In this document: in pieces, positions 53,587-63,593 of the stretch
Layout: each line of letters opens with the position of its first letter
Position numbering within the stretch: the stretch's first letter is position 1
From: a virus
DNA length: 64,000 nucleotides
Direction: 5' to 3' (one strand)
Virus record (IMG/VR): IMGVR_UViG_3300035158_000384
Coordinates: 1 to 64,000 of that record
The notes under the pieces: model-generated
Database searches by the model: none
Seen by the model: the letters and a program-made list of their open reading frames with translations, nothing else
Told to the model about the DNA's origin: nothing
Translations under genes and position numbers: made by a program

Positions 53587-55662
53587 TTAGGTAGCGTACT
53601 GCAAAGTCATCGTTATTGTGCCGGGGACGAGCAACCACTCGTTGCCCGCAGGTACTACATCAGCCGCCGGAGCAACCAGCGTGAAGTGCAGTACACCCGC
53701 CACATCGCTGATCGTGTCGTAAAACCGGGAGATTCTGAAAGCGTCCCCCGGCTGGAAATCCGCCGCGGAGAAGAAGTCTGCAACGGCATTCTCAATGTTG
53801 TCCTCAACTTCGGCCAAGTCATACTGATCGTCTACCGTGACGGTTCCGAGGTCGATGTTGACGGTTTGCATCTTACCATCGAGAACATATGCCTGTGTGC
53901 AAATTACACGGCGTTCGTGCAAATACCGATACAATGCCACTTTCAACCCTTCAGACGGCACCGTGAACGTGTTCCCTGTCTGTGTCCAGATGTAAATGTC
54001 AACACGATTGATGTTTGGGTCGGTTGGGGGCGTCGCTCCACCATTCGAGTTATGCAATTCTACATAGGCACGCGCAACAGCACCATAATCCGGGTCTTCA
54101 AACTGCTCCGAGAGAGTCGTGTAGTCCTCTGCGGTTATTGCCTTATCCACCGTGCGCGTCCACGCGGGGATATTTACCCGAAGCTCTGCCAATGTCTCTT
54201 CGTCTGCTCCCCCCGAGGAAGGGAAGTAGTTGGTGAACACAATCTTCGCACCGTCGGCCCCAAAATACCCTTGTACCTGCGTACCGTCTGCGGCCCCCGT
54301 CAACACTTCTCCACCGGCTCCGCCACCTGTACGATAATCGACGGAAATCAATTTGCCGGATGCGGGTATCTTACCTGTGTTCCCGTCACCGAAAGTGATC
54401 ACCAAATTCCCGTCCGCTGTCAATGTTGCTTCGTAGACTTCTGTTGCTGCCGCCAATAGCACGGAATCCACTTCCGTCCACTCGATGCTCCCCACTTTGA
54501 CAGTCCACGAATCTTCCAACACATCACCCTGTGTAGTCGTGAAGCTTTGGAAAGCCGATCCGTCCGAATTGAAACTGTCAAACTGTGCCTGACTGTTTGA
54601 CACGCTGATTTCCACATTGGTTCCGCCCGACATACCTGTAACGACGATGTCGGAACCCTCTTTTTCCAGCGGTTGGTTTCCCAACGGCATTTGGTAGTCG
54701 TGGTACAGCGTCGCTGTGTCTGTTGTGGCGGTGCTTGTGATCGCGAGAACCGAGCCGTCAATCGCCGCGTCAAGGTTCGTATTTGTTGCGAGAACGTCCG
54801 CTCCTATCGTTACAGCCGTATTCGCGGGGTCAACCGAGGCGTTGTCATCAAATTCAAACGTCACGCTTTGTGTGGCGTCTGACAGGGTTATTGTGTCGCC
54901 GTCCGTGGGCTGGGTTTTGAGCAACAGGATTTTATCAGGGTCGTCGTCGTAGATGGAGAGGGCAGAACAGTCCTTCGACGCAGTTATTGTCGCACCAACC
55001 AAACGACACGCGGCACCCGCCACCATTTGAATTGTGGCGTTACTATTGAACGCGGTTATGAAATTGACGATTGTCTCCGGGATTGTCGCCCCAATGGTTA
55101 CAGGAACGTAATCGTTTCCGTAAGTGCCATTGTTGTCAAACTCAAAGGTCACTAGGTTGAAGCCGTCGTAAGCAATAACTTTGTCGGCATCATCCGGTAT
55201 TCCTATGAGTTGCACCGATCCGGTCGGGTATGCCGCAGACGTACCAGCGAGAAAGGTGTAGTCATCGACAAGCTGAAACGTGAGGTCATCTATCTTGACA
55301 TCCGTGCCGGAAGCAAAGGACAAATTCTGAGACGTCAATTGCGCTGGGAGAGTCACAGCGGTCAACGTGAGTGACGATGCGGTTTTTCTTCGCGGGCTGT
55401 ATGCGTTTGTTGAGGCGTGCTTCAACCCGGATGCGTACTCTTGACATGTAGCAAGGAACATCTCTTGTTGTGTGTAGTTGTCCATGTACGCTTGCAACGC
55501 ACCGTTGGCGGCAATCATACGCATGATCTTCATGCCGATGTTCGACTCGAAGAAGTCCGTCCATAGCTCGGGACGATCCCCGGAGCGAACAAGCTCCTTC
55601 AACCACGCCATGATTGAGCTTATATCCCTCGCCGTATATTGAATGTCTGGCAGAGACGACAT
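53587..55662 (-). CDS. baseplate J / T4 gp6-like wedge
   Basis: YTARD, FGDG.TGKIP, YRTGGG, GGADEET..ELR, AITAEDY. Confidence 0.88.
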   Translation of the reverse strand: MSSLPDIQYTARDISSIMAWLKELVRSGDRPELWTDFFESNIGMKIMRMIAANGALQAYMDNYTQQEMFLATCQEYASGLKHASTNAYSPRRKTASSLTLTAVTLPAQLTSQNLSFASGTDVKIDDLTFQLVDDYTFLAGTSAAYPTGSVQLIGIPDDADKVIAYDGFNLVTFEFDNNGTYGNDYVPVTIGATIPETIVNFITAFNSNATIQMVAGAACRLVGATITASKDCSALSIYDDDPDKILLLKTQPTDGDTITLSDATQSVTFEFDDNASVDPANTAVTIGADVLATNTNLDAAIDGSVLAITSTATTDTATLYHDYQMPLGNQPLEKEGSDIVVTGMSGGTNVEISVSNSQAQFDSFNSDGSAFQSFTTTQGDVLEDSWTVKVGSIEWTEVDSVLLAAATEVYEATLTADGNLVITFGDGNTGKIPASGKLISVDYRTGGGAGGEVLTGAADGTQVQGYFGADGAKIVFTNYFPSSGGADEETLAELRVNIPAWTRTVDKAITAEDYTTLSEQFEDPDYGAVARAYVELHNSNGGATPPTDPNINRVDIYIWTQTGNTFTVPSEGLKVALYRYLHERRVICTQAYVLDGKMQTVNIDLGTVTVDDQYDLAEVEDNIENAVADFFSAADFQPGDAFRISRFYDTISDVAGVLHFTLVAPAADVVPAGNEWLLVPGTITMTLQYAT

Positions 55663-56063
55663 TACGCCTCCTCGCGTTGAACCGTAAGTTCAGTAGTATC
55701 CGTGTCTTGCAGGGGAATGATCGTGTAGGTAATCTCTATTTTGAGTTCATGGTCATCCGCAGTTATATCGCACCCTATGATGGAAATTCGGGGCTCCCAA
55801 CGCTCGAGTGCTTCAACTGTGTAGATGCGTCCTTGTGCTTGCAGAATGTCGTCGTTCGGCTCAAACGCCAGCAAATGTAGGTTTGAGCCAAATTCCGGGT
55901 TGAAAAACTCCGAGCCAATCGGCGTCATGAGCACGACGTGAATGCTTGATCTAATCAGCTTTCGGAGTGTTCTTGACGTAAAATAACCGTCCGCCCCTTT
56001 GAACATCGGGAGCGTTGGACCACGCCAATCCGTAGGTGTGTCATGTACTGTGTTCTGTGCCAT
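55662..56063 (-). CDS. gp25/GpW baseplate protein
   Basis: LMTPIG....PEFGS.L...FEP, LERWEPRI. Confidence 0.9.
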   Translation of the reverse strand: MAQNTVHDTPTDWRGPTLPMFKGADGYFTSRTLRKLIRSSIHVVLMTPIGSEFFNPEFGSNLHLLAFEPNDDILQAQGRIYTVEALERWEPRISIIGCDITADDHELKIEITYTIIPLQDTDTTELTVQREEA

Positions 56064-56097
56064 GCTCTAATTGTACGTTGAACCCTGTAACTGTCAA

Positions 56098-56289
56098 CTA
56101 CGTGTGGCCGGGGCTTGGGGGGTTTCCGGCTGTATCCTGCAACAACTGCATGTTTTTGTACACCGCTGTCGCGATAGCCATGATGAAAGCATCCATACTG
56201 CCCCCGGTAGGAGGTGTTACGAGTACAAAACCTGCGTCCAGAAGTTCCTGCTTGATGTCCGCGTAAATCTGAGCCGCCGAAGTAGCCAT
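56098..56289 (-). CDS. small baseplate-region protein
   Basis: 63-aa ORF, GAGG RBS. Confidence 0.55.
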   Translation of the reverse strand: MATSAAQIYADIKQELLDAGFVLVTPPTGGSMDAFIMAIATAVYKNMQLLQDTAGNPPSPGHT

Positions 56290-56299
56290 TTTTACACCT

Positions 56300-57199
56300 C
56301 TATGTCTTCGTTGCTTTCACGTTTGTACTGCCATCGTAATGCGGCAGACCTGTAAACGGGCAAATCGTGCCATTTGGACCAGCCACAACCACACCACCAG
56401 TCGGCGAAGTTCCGCCGTTGCCTTTCAACTCTATCATCGTGGCACTCTCAATTTCCACGTCGCTCCCCTCGACCTTGACTGACCCACCGTTCACGAGTAC
56501 CTGCACCGCGCCGTTTATCTCTACGTTACCAAGCGCTTCAACACTCACGGTGCCTGTTTCTTCATCCAATTGCACAAGATTGCCTGTGGAGTCCTTTATC
56601 TCGATACCTCGCGGTTGCCCTTTTCCTGTGGCTTGCGGCGATTCACGAAGCCAGATTTTTTGACCCCCCGCGGTCCGTAGTACGATCTCCAAATCCAGCG
56701 TTTCATCGCTGATCTCAATTACATGCCCGTGGGCAGTCTTGTTCACCTGCCGTCGCGGATACCCCGTCAAGTAAGGTTTGGGCGTCTCAAGGTTGTTGTC
56801 GTTTTTGTCGTGCTGTTGCCACGCCTCTGCGGGTGTTTCCGGCTGTGTGTACTTCGTTGGTAGCGACATACCCCACCACGAACCAATGTAAACGATGTCG
56901 CGTTTCCGTCCGCCCACGAAGAGCACAAAAACGGTGTCACCGATGTTGTACGGGACGTTGAATTGCCCGTAACCGTCACCTGCTCCGGGAGGTGCATTTG
57001 GTGTGGCCCAAGGTAGTGTCATTGTGGGCACTTTATTGGGATCGGGATCGTGAACCCCTTGAACCCTCGCCTTGATCCGCCCTCTGTATTCAGGGTCTTC
57101 CACACTCTCCACCGTACCGCGGTAAAGACCATAGAAGTATCGCCTCCCCAAGAATTCTTCTGGACGCCGTATGTAATTGATAGGGTCCAAAACGCCCAT
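56300..57199 (-). CDS. baseplate spike (gp5/gpV/Vgr OB-fold)
   Basis: YRGTV..VEDP..RGRIKARV, LPWA, P..GDTVFVLF. Confidence 0.9.
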   Translation of the reverse strand: MGVLDPINYIRRPEEFLGRRYFYGLYRGTVESVEDPEYRGRIKARVQGVHDPDPNKVPTMTLPWATPNAPPGAGDGYGQFNVPYNIGDTVFVLFVGGRKRDIVYIGSWWGMSLPTKYTQPETPAEAWQQHDKNDNNLETPKPYLTGYPRRQVNKTAHGHVIEISDETLDLEIVLRTAGGQKIWLRESPQATGKGQPRGIEIKDSTGNLVQLDEETGTVSVEALGNVEINGAVQVLVNGGSVKVEGSDVEIESATMIELKGNGGTSPTGGVVVAGPNGTICPFTGLPHYDGSTNVKATKT

Positions 57200-58449
57200 T
57201 ATTCGACCTCCCGCACTACGAAGTCTTTCGCCAAGTCATCTGCGTACTTGGTTATGTCCTCGGGGTTTTTGATCTCCAGCTTCCGCCCTAGCACATTTAT
57301 AATTCCAGCACCGCTCGTATCACGAACCAAACGCAATTCGGACTCGAAAGACCCTGCGGAAATCAAGTGCTGTATACCTTTCACTAAGTAGCGCCCCGAC
57401 CACCTATCGTGAATCGTCCCATCGGACTTCACAACATTTACAACTACAATATCCAAAGGCCGGACAAAAGGGTCTCCCACGACTGTCAACGTCGCTGAAA
57501 AGCTCGCGATGTTGAACGTGGCCCACCGCCACCGCAAATACGCTTCAAACTCTTCTTTAGATTTGAAAGGCATGTTTATGACTTTTGTTATGCGAGCATC
57601 TGGATAGACCGGTGAGTACTCGCCGGGGCCTATAACCTCACTCTGTGATGTTGTTCTGTGCTCTTCCTCGCTCACTCTGCGTTTACTCCGTGGGTCCACA
57701 AACTCAAAACGCGCATCCTCACCCGCCAACCACGAAATAGCTACAGAGTTGGTTTCTGGCGCGAACGAAATAACATCCCCCTCCAAATCACGACCGAATG
57801 TATACACCCGGTAAGCCTCGCGAACACCCCCAACTGGATCGTTGTTGTACTGCGGTCGATGGAAATGCAATTCACGGTTGCGTAGAAGGTATGTTTGGAA
57901 GCCTCCGTTCCCCTCCAAGTTAAAAGAAAGCTCCAATAGAGTTTCCTTTATGAATTGCAAATCAGGCATATTGTCCTGTGTCAATGGCTCTGTCAACGGC
58001 CTTGTTGGTTCTCCCACGAAAGCCCAACCGTTTTCTAAGGCAATCTGCCGCACGATGTCTGTAGGTGTAGGAGTAACTGTGGGCGACCACCCCCGAGACT
58101 TTGGATTGAGCATTGTTCGCCCGCCAGCATCCAACAAGGGTATATCCAACTCCACACCTTTATGCTCAAACGTAGGGGTATATTGCCCAATGAGCAATGT
58201 AATCTGCTCACTCAACTTCCCCGCAAACCCAAAACGAAAATCCACAGGAGCAAATTGACCGGCGCGGGCAAGGAAAGTTTCAAGGTAGTCCCAATCAGGA
58301 TCATACAGTACCATACGACCCGTACTCGATCCCGCGGTGGCTTCCTCATACTCGAACTCTAAAAGATGATCAGTCACGTCCAGAGGAATCCCTGCGATAG
58401 AGAGTTGTACCGTCGCCATTCTTTCAGGGCCAAGGTCTGCCACTCTCAA
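57199..58449 (-). CDS. baseplate hub (gpD/gp27-like)
   Basis: DIVRQIA...GW, Q....D..F, VGDP, SGRYLVKGIQH. Confidence 0.82.
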   Translation of the reverse strand: MRVADLGPERMATVQLSIAGIPLDVTDHLLEFEYEEATAGSSTGRMVLYDPDWDYLETFLARAGQFAPVDFRFGFAGKLSEQITLLIGQYTPTFEHKGVELDIPLLDAGGRTMLNPKSRGWSPTVTPTPTDIVRQIALENGWAFVGEPTRPLTEPLTQDNMPDLQFIKETLLELSFNLEGNGGFQTYLLRNRELHFHRPQYNNDPVGGVREAYRVYTFGRDLEGDVISFAPETNSVAISWLAGEDARFEFVDPRSKRRVSEEEHRTTSQSEVIGPGEYSPVYPDARITKVINMPFKSKEEFEAYLRWRWATFNIASFSATLTVVGDPFVRPLDIVVVNVVKSDGTIHDRWSGRYLVKGIQHLISAGSFESELRLVRDTSGAGIINVLGRKLEIKNPEDITKYADDLAKDFVVREVE

Positions 58450-58772
58450 ACTCCTGCCATGTAGTTATTAACTGTGTCTCTTGAAGGAATTATGATTGTC
58501 TTGCCCGCGGTCAAGCCTCGTAACGGATGGTGAATTTTATTGACCCATAGAATGACCCAAAACAAATTCACGTTGCGGTAGTATTTGTACGCCAACAGGT
58601 CTGGACGTCCTTCTTCCGCTTGTGTAATCGTGTGCTGTATATCAGATGTTTTTGGGCTGTAATCAAAGGGAGGAACCCAAATACCGAAGAACAAATTCCC
58701 ATCGCCGTCGGTGTGGATGGGGGTGTCCACCAACATCGCATCCCGTCTTACCCGTACTTTTTGTGTCATCAC
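58446..58772 (-). CDS. gp53/LysM-like baseplate wedge protein
   Basis: RPDLLAYKYY...LFWVIL..N...P...G..I.IP. Confidence 0.85.
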   Translation of the reverse strand: MMTQKVRVRRDAMLVDTPIHTDGDGNLFFGIWVPPFDYSPKTSDIQHTITQAEEGRPDLLAYKYYRNVNLFWVILWVNKIHHPLRGLTAGKTIIIPSRDTVNNYMAGV

Positions 58773-58781
58773 TACACCCCT

Positions 58782-59375
58782 TTACTGAGGGCCTGCGTGT
58801 GCCGCACGGGAAGCACCCCCGAGAGACGAAGCAGGGTGAGGATTCAAAACGCCGGACGCGGTATGTCCGTGCAACGGGACCGTTACAAAAGTGCAATCCA
58901 TCTCGGCCTGATACGGAAGTAGCGGCTGATCCAACCAAGGCCCCATGTATGTCGGGTTCGCGCCGCCTTCCAAAATGACTCTCTCAGTTATGATGTCCCC
59001 TATTTTCAAAATACAGGTTGCAGGACGGGAAACCAAACCCTCGAACGTCCTGATAGGGTAAGCCAAGGACTCTAAAAACCGTATGTTTGACATAACTTCG
59101 TCGTCAATAGCCTGTCGTATGGAAGCTGTCCGATTACCTTCTGCGAAGAACTGAAATTTGATGTCTATTTCCTTCGCTCCGGTACTCCCGTAGATGTGAT
59201 ACGGATGTGAACGGCCTATGACCTCCACCGTATCCCAATTAGCCTGCACAGACGTGGAGAAGTCCTCAACCCAAAACTGAAAGAATATCCGGTCCTTGCC
59301 TGCGTAAGCCTGCCGAACTTCCTCGCGGCTTTTATCTACCGCAAGCCATGCGTCTATCGGATATGGAAAAGACAC
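58782..59375 (-). CDS. tail tube initiator (CIS tube-like)
   Basis: ANW....IGRS.P...Y, FLESLAYP, P..C.LKIG. Confidence 0.75.
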   Translation of the reverse strand: MSFPYPIDAWLAVDKSREEVRQAYAGKDRIFFQFWVEDFSTSVQANWDTVEVIGRSHPYHIYGSTGAKEIDIKFQFFAEGNRTASIRQAIDDEVMSNIRFLESLAYPIRTFEGLVSRPATCILKIGDIITERVILEGGANPTYMGPWLDQPLLPYQAEMDCTFVTVPLHGHTASGVLNPHPASSLGGASRAAHAGPQ

Positions 59376-59376
59376 C

Positions 59377-62300
59377 TTAACCTCCCCACGTTTTGATCAT
59401 CTCTTGCACCATGCCGTCTTGTCGATTGCGCCCACCTCTTTGACCTGCGGTTGCTCCTCCTTTGAGTATGTCACGTATCTCCGTCAGGAGAGTGACAACA
59501 CGGTCGTCACCTGTTGTAACACCAATGCCCGTAGCTTCCGCTTGAGGGCCGGTGAGAGGAACGACGGCTTCTGGTCCGGCTTCGCCAATCAGCGCCAAAG
59601 TCGGTCGGGTTACAATACCACCTTCTGCAAGCCCTAACAGGTTTGACAAGGAACCCATAGGGTCTTCTACAAAGTCCTTGGCACCCTTTGCAATATCACT
59701 CACCAAACCGCCTCCGGCCTCCATTAAATCACCTATTGGCGCAAGCACGGTCTCTATCGCACCTTTGAGAGCATTGAAGGCATCCGCCAGTAGTCGAACA
59801 GCGCTGGACGCGGCGTTAAAAACGGTATCGAATGCACCTTTTACAGCACCACCTATATTCAAAAAGGTAGTTAGAACAGTCACCAAGCCTTCCATAGCCT
59901 CAGACATAAACTGCACAACCTCTGGCTTACTTAACACGGCCATAAAAGCCCGGAACAAGCTCATTATCTCAGGTAAATTATCTGCTACAAGATTCAACAC
60001 CACAACCAGCCTATCCAACCCCTTCTCTAACAATTCCGCTATCAATTTCATCATCGGCGGCAGAATGGCCTCTATCATGGGGAGGAACGCTTCAATAGTG
60101 TCCGCTATATGGTGCCCCAAGATTTTGATTATTGTAGTTAAGGGCTCCATAAGCTTAGGTATAGCGTCGTCCAAAAGATCAAACAAGGGTTCCAGTAAAC
60201 TATCTAATAGAATACTCACAAGACGCACAATCGGAGGCAATAGGTTTTTGAACAGATTCCCAATAACCCCTATAATAGGAGCAAGGACGTTTGCTAAAAG
60301 TGTGATTAAACGCGACACATGAGGCAACAACGCCTGAACGAGGCTTATAACTGCGTCAAAAACGGGCATGAACATGCTTGTGAGGGCGTTAGCAACTTGA
60401 ATTATAGGAGGCAGTAAACCGTCGAGGAGGTCAATAACCACAGGGAGTAAAATAGCTAAGTTACTCTGCAAGCGTTCTGACAACAGCTCTAAAACGGGCG
60501 CGAAATGCCCGGTTATCGTCTTGACAATTCTTTGAATGGGCGGCACCAAAGCCGCTATAATGGGTTTCAACGCCTGTATAATTGGAGGTAGTATCTCCAC
60601 CAACATATCAATCAAAGGCTTGCCTATCTCCCCTAGAGCATCAAGCACCACATTTTTCAAGCGCCCAAGTTGCCTATCTAACGACTCCGCGGCGGCGTTG
60701 GTAACTTCCGCGTACCCTTCCATCGAATCTGCTTGAGCCGCCAAACCTGCTTGAAAATCGTCTATGAAAGCTTGCGCACCCCCAGCAGCTATTTGCTGTA
60801 TGGTTTCCTTATCAAAAGCGTCACCAAACAGTTGTTCCAAAGCCACACCGTATTGATCCATCATAGCGGGGTCTACGCTTTCTATCCCCTCGAAAATAGA
60901 CGTAACAATCGGTGCAATGTTTCCGGCTTTGGCGCTCTGTAACATACTATCGAAAGTCTCGTCTGTAACATTTGCTATCCGCGCCAACATAGGAGCAATC
61001 GACTCCATCTGCTCCGCATCTTGTACCGACGTCATAAATTGCTGGATACTACTGGTGTCCAACCAAAAATCACCCCCTGCTTGTGTCAGAGCATTAAGTT
61101 GTTGCGTCAAACCTAGTATGCGCTTCTGTTGCTCCTCCGCAGGAACATTGGCGGCTGCCATTGAGATTTTTAACTGATCGAACATGTTGACGTTCTCACC
61201 AATCACATCAACAAAATCTTGGTAGAGCACATCCCCTTGTTGTATAGAAGTAACGATGTCAGCAAACGCTTTTCGAAAGTTTTCACCCTCCAAACCTACA
61301 CGGCTTAGAGAAGTCCAAACATCGTCCAGCATTTGATTAACGGTTACGTCTTCACCCATCGCCTCCAACGCCATCTGCGCTTCTCCGAGAGCTTCCCCCC
61401 AAACCGCCCAGTCCGTTTCACTTATGCCCTTCTGCGCAGCATTGACGGTTGCCGCTATCATATCTTCACGGTCTGTACCGAATTTGTTTATGACATCGCG
61501 ACTGTGCTGCATAAACTTGTCGACTTCTTCACGGGACTTTCCTGTGGACGTTTGGATAGCAATGCGAGCGTTATCCCACTCTAACGCAACAGACCCCGCT
61601 AATATCCCGAGACCGGCGACCGCACCACCTACAATCGTTCCCGTGGTTGCCGCCGTTGCGCCCACACTACGCAGAGCACCCCCCACATTACCAGCTATTC
61701 CACCTCCTGCTTTTTCTGCTTTCTCGCTCGCTTCCTCCAAACCCTTTTCTATGTCCTCCATCGCTTCGACGCCCTTCTCACCTGTTTCCTCAAGGGCATC
61801 CCCTAAATCTTCCACAACAGGGGTTTGTACACGATCCATATACCGCGTAGTCTGGCGAAGGGCTTTGCTGTAAGCCCTGAAAACCTTGGTGAAAGTATCC
61901 CCGATGGACTCCCACGTTTCGTCCAACTGTTTGGAAACAAGGCCCAAATCAGCGACAGAAGATGCTACGGAGGGTACGGGTTGCATACCACCTACACCTG
62001 CGGAACCGCCCCCTTCTAATGGAATGACTGCTTCCGGCCCCGCTTCACCAATAAGTGCGAGGGTCGGCTCTGTAACGATACCACCCTCCTGCAACGCGGG
62101 TATTTCACCAATGTAATTCGGAGGTACAACCTGATCCCGATACGCGGCCATAAGCCCCGTGCGCTTGAAATAGGGACTTTTCGATCCGCGAGGGAATGCG
62201 GCGCGAAGGATGATCTGTTGTGATTTTTGAGCTTTCTGTGCGCCCGCGGTAGCGGCCCTCATCCCTGCGCTCGAGAAACCTTGCAAGGACTTGGTGGACG

Positions 62301-62511
62301 ACTGTGCGTTGTTGGCAACGGCTTCGAGAGAGCCAGCGAGCATCGCCATACCTTGTGTAGACTTCTCGCTGGTTTTGGACGCGGTTTTGGCCACCGCATC
62401 CATTGTGCGTTCGAGAGAAGCATAGCGATCCTCGGCCTTTTTCAAAGCCGAGGATGCTTTGTCTTGGACTTCCAAGTAGAACCCTATTGCTGCTCCCGAA
62501 AAATCAGGCAC
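59377..62511 (-). CDS. tail tape measure protein
   Basis: 1044 aa, helical repeats, EGGIVT.PTLALIGEAGPEAV motif, position in tail operon. Confidence 0.9.
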   Translation of the reverse strand: MPDFSGAAIGFYLEVQDKASSALKKAEDRYASLERTMDAVAKTASKTSEKSTQGMAMLAGSLEAVANNAQSSTKSLQGFSSAGMRAATAGAQKAQKSQQIILRAAFPRGSKSPYFKRTGLMAAYRDQVVPPNYIGEIPALQEGGIVTEPTLALIGEAGPEAVIPLEGGGSAGVGGMQPVPSVASSVADLGLVSKQLDETWESIGDTFTKVFRAYSKALRQTTRYMDRVQTPVVEDLGDALEETGEKGVEAMEDIEKGLEEASEKAEKAGGGIAGNVGGALRSVGATAATTGTIVGGAVAGLGILAGSVALEWDNARIAIQTSTGKSREEVDKFMQHSRDVINKFGTDREDMIAATVNAAQKGISETDWAVWGEALGEAQMALEAMGEDVTVNQMLDDVWTSLSRVGLEGENFRKAFADIVTSIQQGDVLYQDFVDVIGENVNMFDQLKISMAAANVPAEEQQKRILGLTQQLNALTQAGGDFWLDTSSIQQFMTSVQDAEQMESIAPMLARIANVTDETFDSMLQSAKAGNIAPIVTSIFEGIESVDPAMMDQYGVALEQLFGDAFDKETIQQIAAGGAQAFIDDFQAGLAAQADSMEGYAEVTNAAAESLDRQLGRLKNVVLDALGEIGKPLIDMLVEILPPIIQALKPIIAALVPPIQRIVKTITGHFAPVLELLSERLQSNLAILLPVVIDLLDGLLPPIIQVANALTSMFMPVFDAVISLVQALLPHVSRLITLLANVLAPIIGVIGNLFKNLLPPIVRLVSILLDSLLEPLFDLLDDAIPKLMEPLTTIIKILGHHIADTIEAFLPMIEAILPPMMKLIAELLEKGLDRLVVVLNLVADNLPEIMSLFRAFMAVLSKPEVVQFMSEAMEGLVTVLTTFLNIGGAVKGAFDTVFNAASSAVRLLADAFNALKGAIETVLAPIGDLMEAGGGLVSDIAKGAKDFVEDPMGSLSNLLGLAEGGIVTRPTLALIGEAGPEAVVPLTGPQAEATGIGVTTGDDRVVTLLTEIRDILKGGATAGQRGGRNRQDGMVQEMIKTWGG

Positions 62512-62521
62512 CTGTCACCTC

Positions 62522-62778
62522 TCAACGTCGGCGCGGTCGTCGGGAGTGCATACGGCTCTGTTGCGCTTTCATCTTTTGTTGGGCTTCTTTCTGTCGGGCG
62601 ATCTCGTCCTTGATCTTCTTGTTCAATCGCCGGACGTGCCATTGCCGCTCTACAAAAGACATCGACGACACATCGCTATAAGTGTAACCGTTGCCATAGT
62701 TTAGGAGGTAAAATATCTGCTCCCAAACGTCCTCGCTACTACCGCGAGCTTGGCTGAAAGAACTCCGCGGTGAAGGGC
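62522..62778 (-). CDS. gp51-like tail assembly chaperone extension (no own start; probable +1 frameshift product)
   Basis: open +1 frame EDVWEQIFYLLNYGNGYTYSDVSSMSFVERQWHV... overlapping the end of 62739-63506. Confidence 0.7.
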
Positions 62779-63506
62779 ATCATAAACTCGTTTATGTACC
62801 CGCACTTGGAGCACTCTTTCATGATCGTGAGGTCGATACCCGGTTCGACGTCAGCAACAGCGGCACGGAACGCCGCGGCATCACCGAGATTCAAACCCTG
62901 CGCAAATTCCAAGGCGGCTTGTTTATCCTCTGGAACCTGTGCTTGGTCCAAGGTTTTCCCACCGATGCTCACCAATTGTAAACCTATACGGTAGCGATGT
63001 GACGGGTCTCCCGCGTCGTTGCTCCGCATGAGGACACGCTTGGCATGACGGCTGACCTCTATTTCGTCTTTACCCCGCAAAAGGCGGAACTGAACTTTCT
63101 TCCCGCTGTGCGGTAGTTTGACTTCAAACGGCTCGACCTGATCGTCGGTCATTCTCTGGTCGTCGAGGTCTTCCAACAGGTTGACGCTGATCTTCCGTTG
63201 TGCTCTGCACGAGGAACAACGGAACGGCACACCGTTGTAGGTGGGGCCGAATGCCTGAATCCGAAGCATGAACAAAATGTACATCCTGTCGGTTACAAGC
63301 AAGTCTTCGGGTGGCACCTTATCGGCGTCCATGTAGCAGTTGTCGATAATTTGGCGAATGTGCGACATCGCATCGCCCTGTTGAAACAAGATTTGCTCTT
63401 CGGCGGCTCCCATAGGCTTCAACAATGCTTTGCCTTCTGGAAGGGCTCCGTTGTAAGGCACACCTCTCGACGGCAGATCGACCGTAAAGGTATCGTTCTT
63501 GCTCAT
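62739..63506 (-). CDS. gp26-like baseplate hub/tail assembly chaperone
   Basis: LPSRG..Y, DR..IL..LRI..FG, CxxC, LP.SG..V.FRLL, CxxCG, FF.P. Confidence 0.85.
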   Translation of the reverse strand: MSKNDTFTVDLPSRGVPYNGALPEGKALLKPMGAAEEQILFQQGDAMSHIRQIIDNCYMDADKVPPEDLLVTDRMYILFMLRIQAFGPTYNGVPFRCSSCRAQRKISVNLLEDLDDQRMTDDQVEPFEVKLPHSGKKVQFRLLRGKDEIEVSRHAKRVLMRSNDAGDPSHRYRIGLQLVSIGGKTLDQAQVPEDKQAALEFAQGLNLGDAAAFRAAVADVEPGIDLTIMKECSKCGYINEFMMPFTAEFFQPSSR

Positions 63507-63593
63507 GACACACTCCTTTTGTCTAAAAGGCTACGTAAATGCCTGAAAATAACCAACCGTCTCGGTGGTTAAGGTTTTGACACAATGTCAATT

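Noticed and set aside
8692-62613. Long plus-strand ORFs such as 8692-9537, 20577-21455, 53569-54459 and 59552-60322
   Set aside because: Antisense shadows of well-supported minus-strand genes, with no motifs
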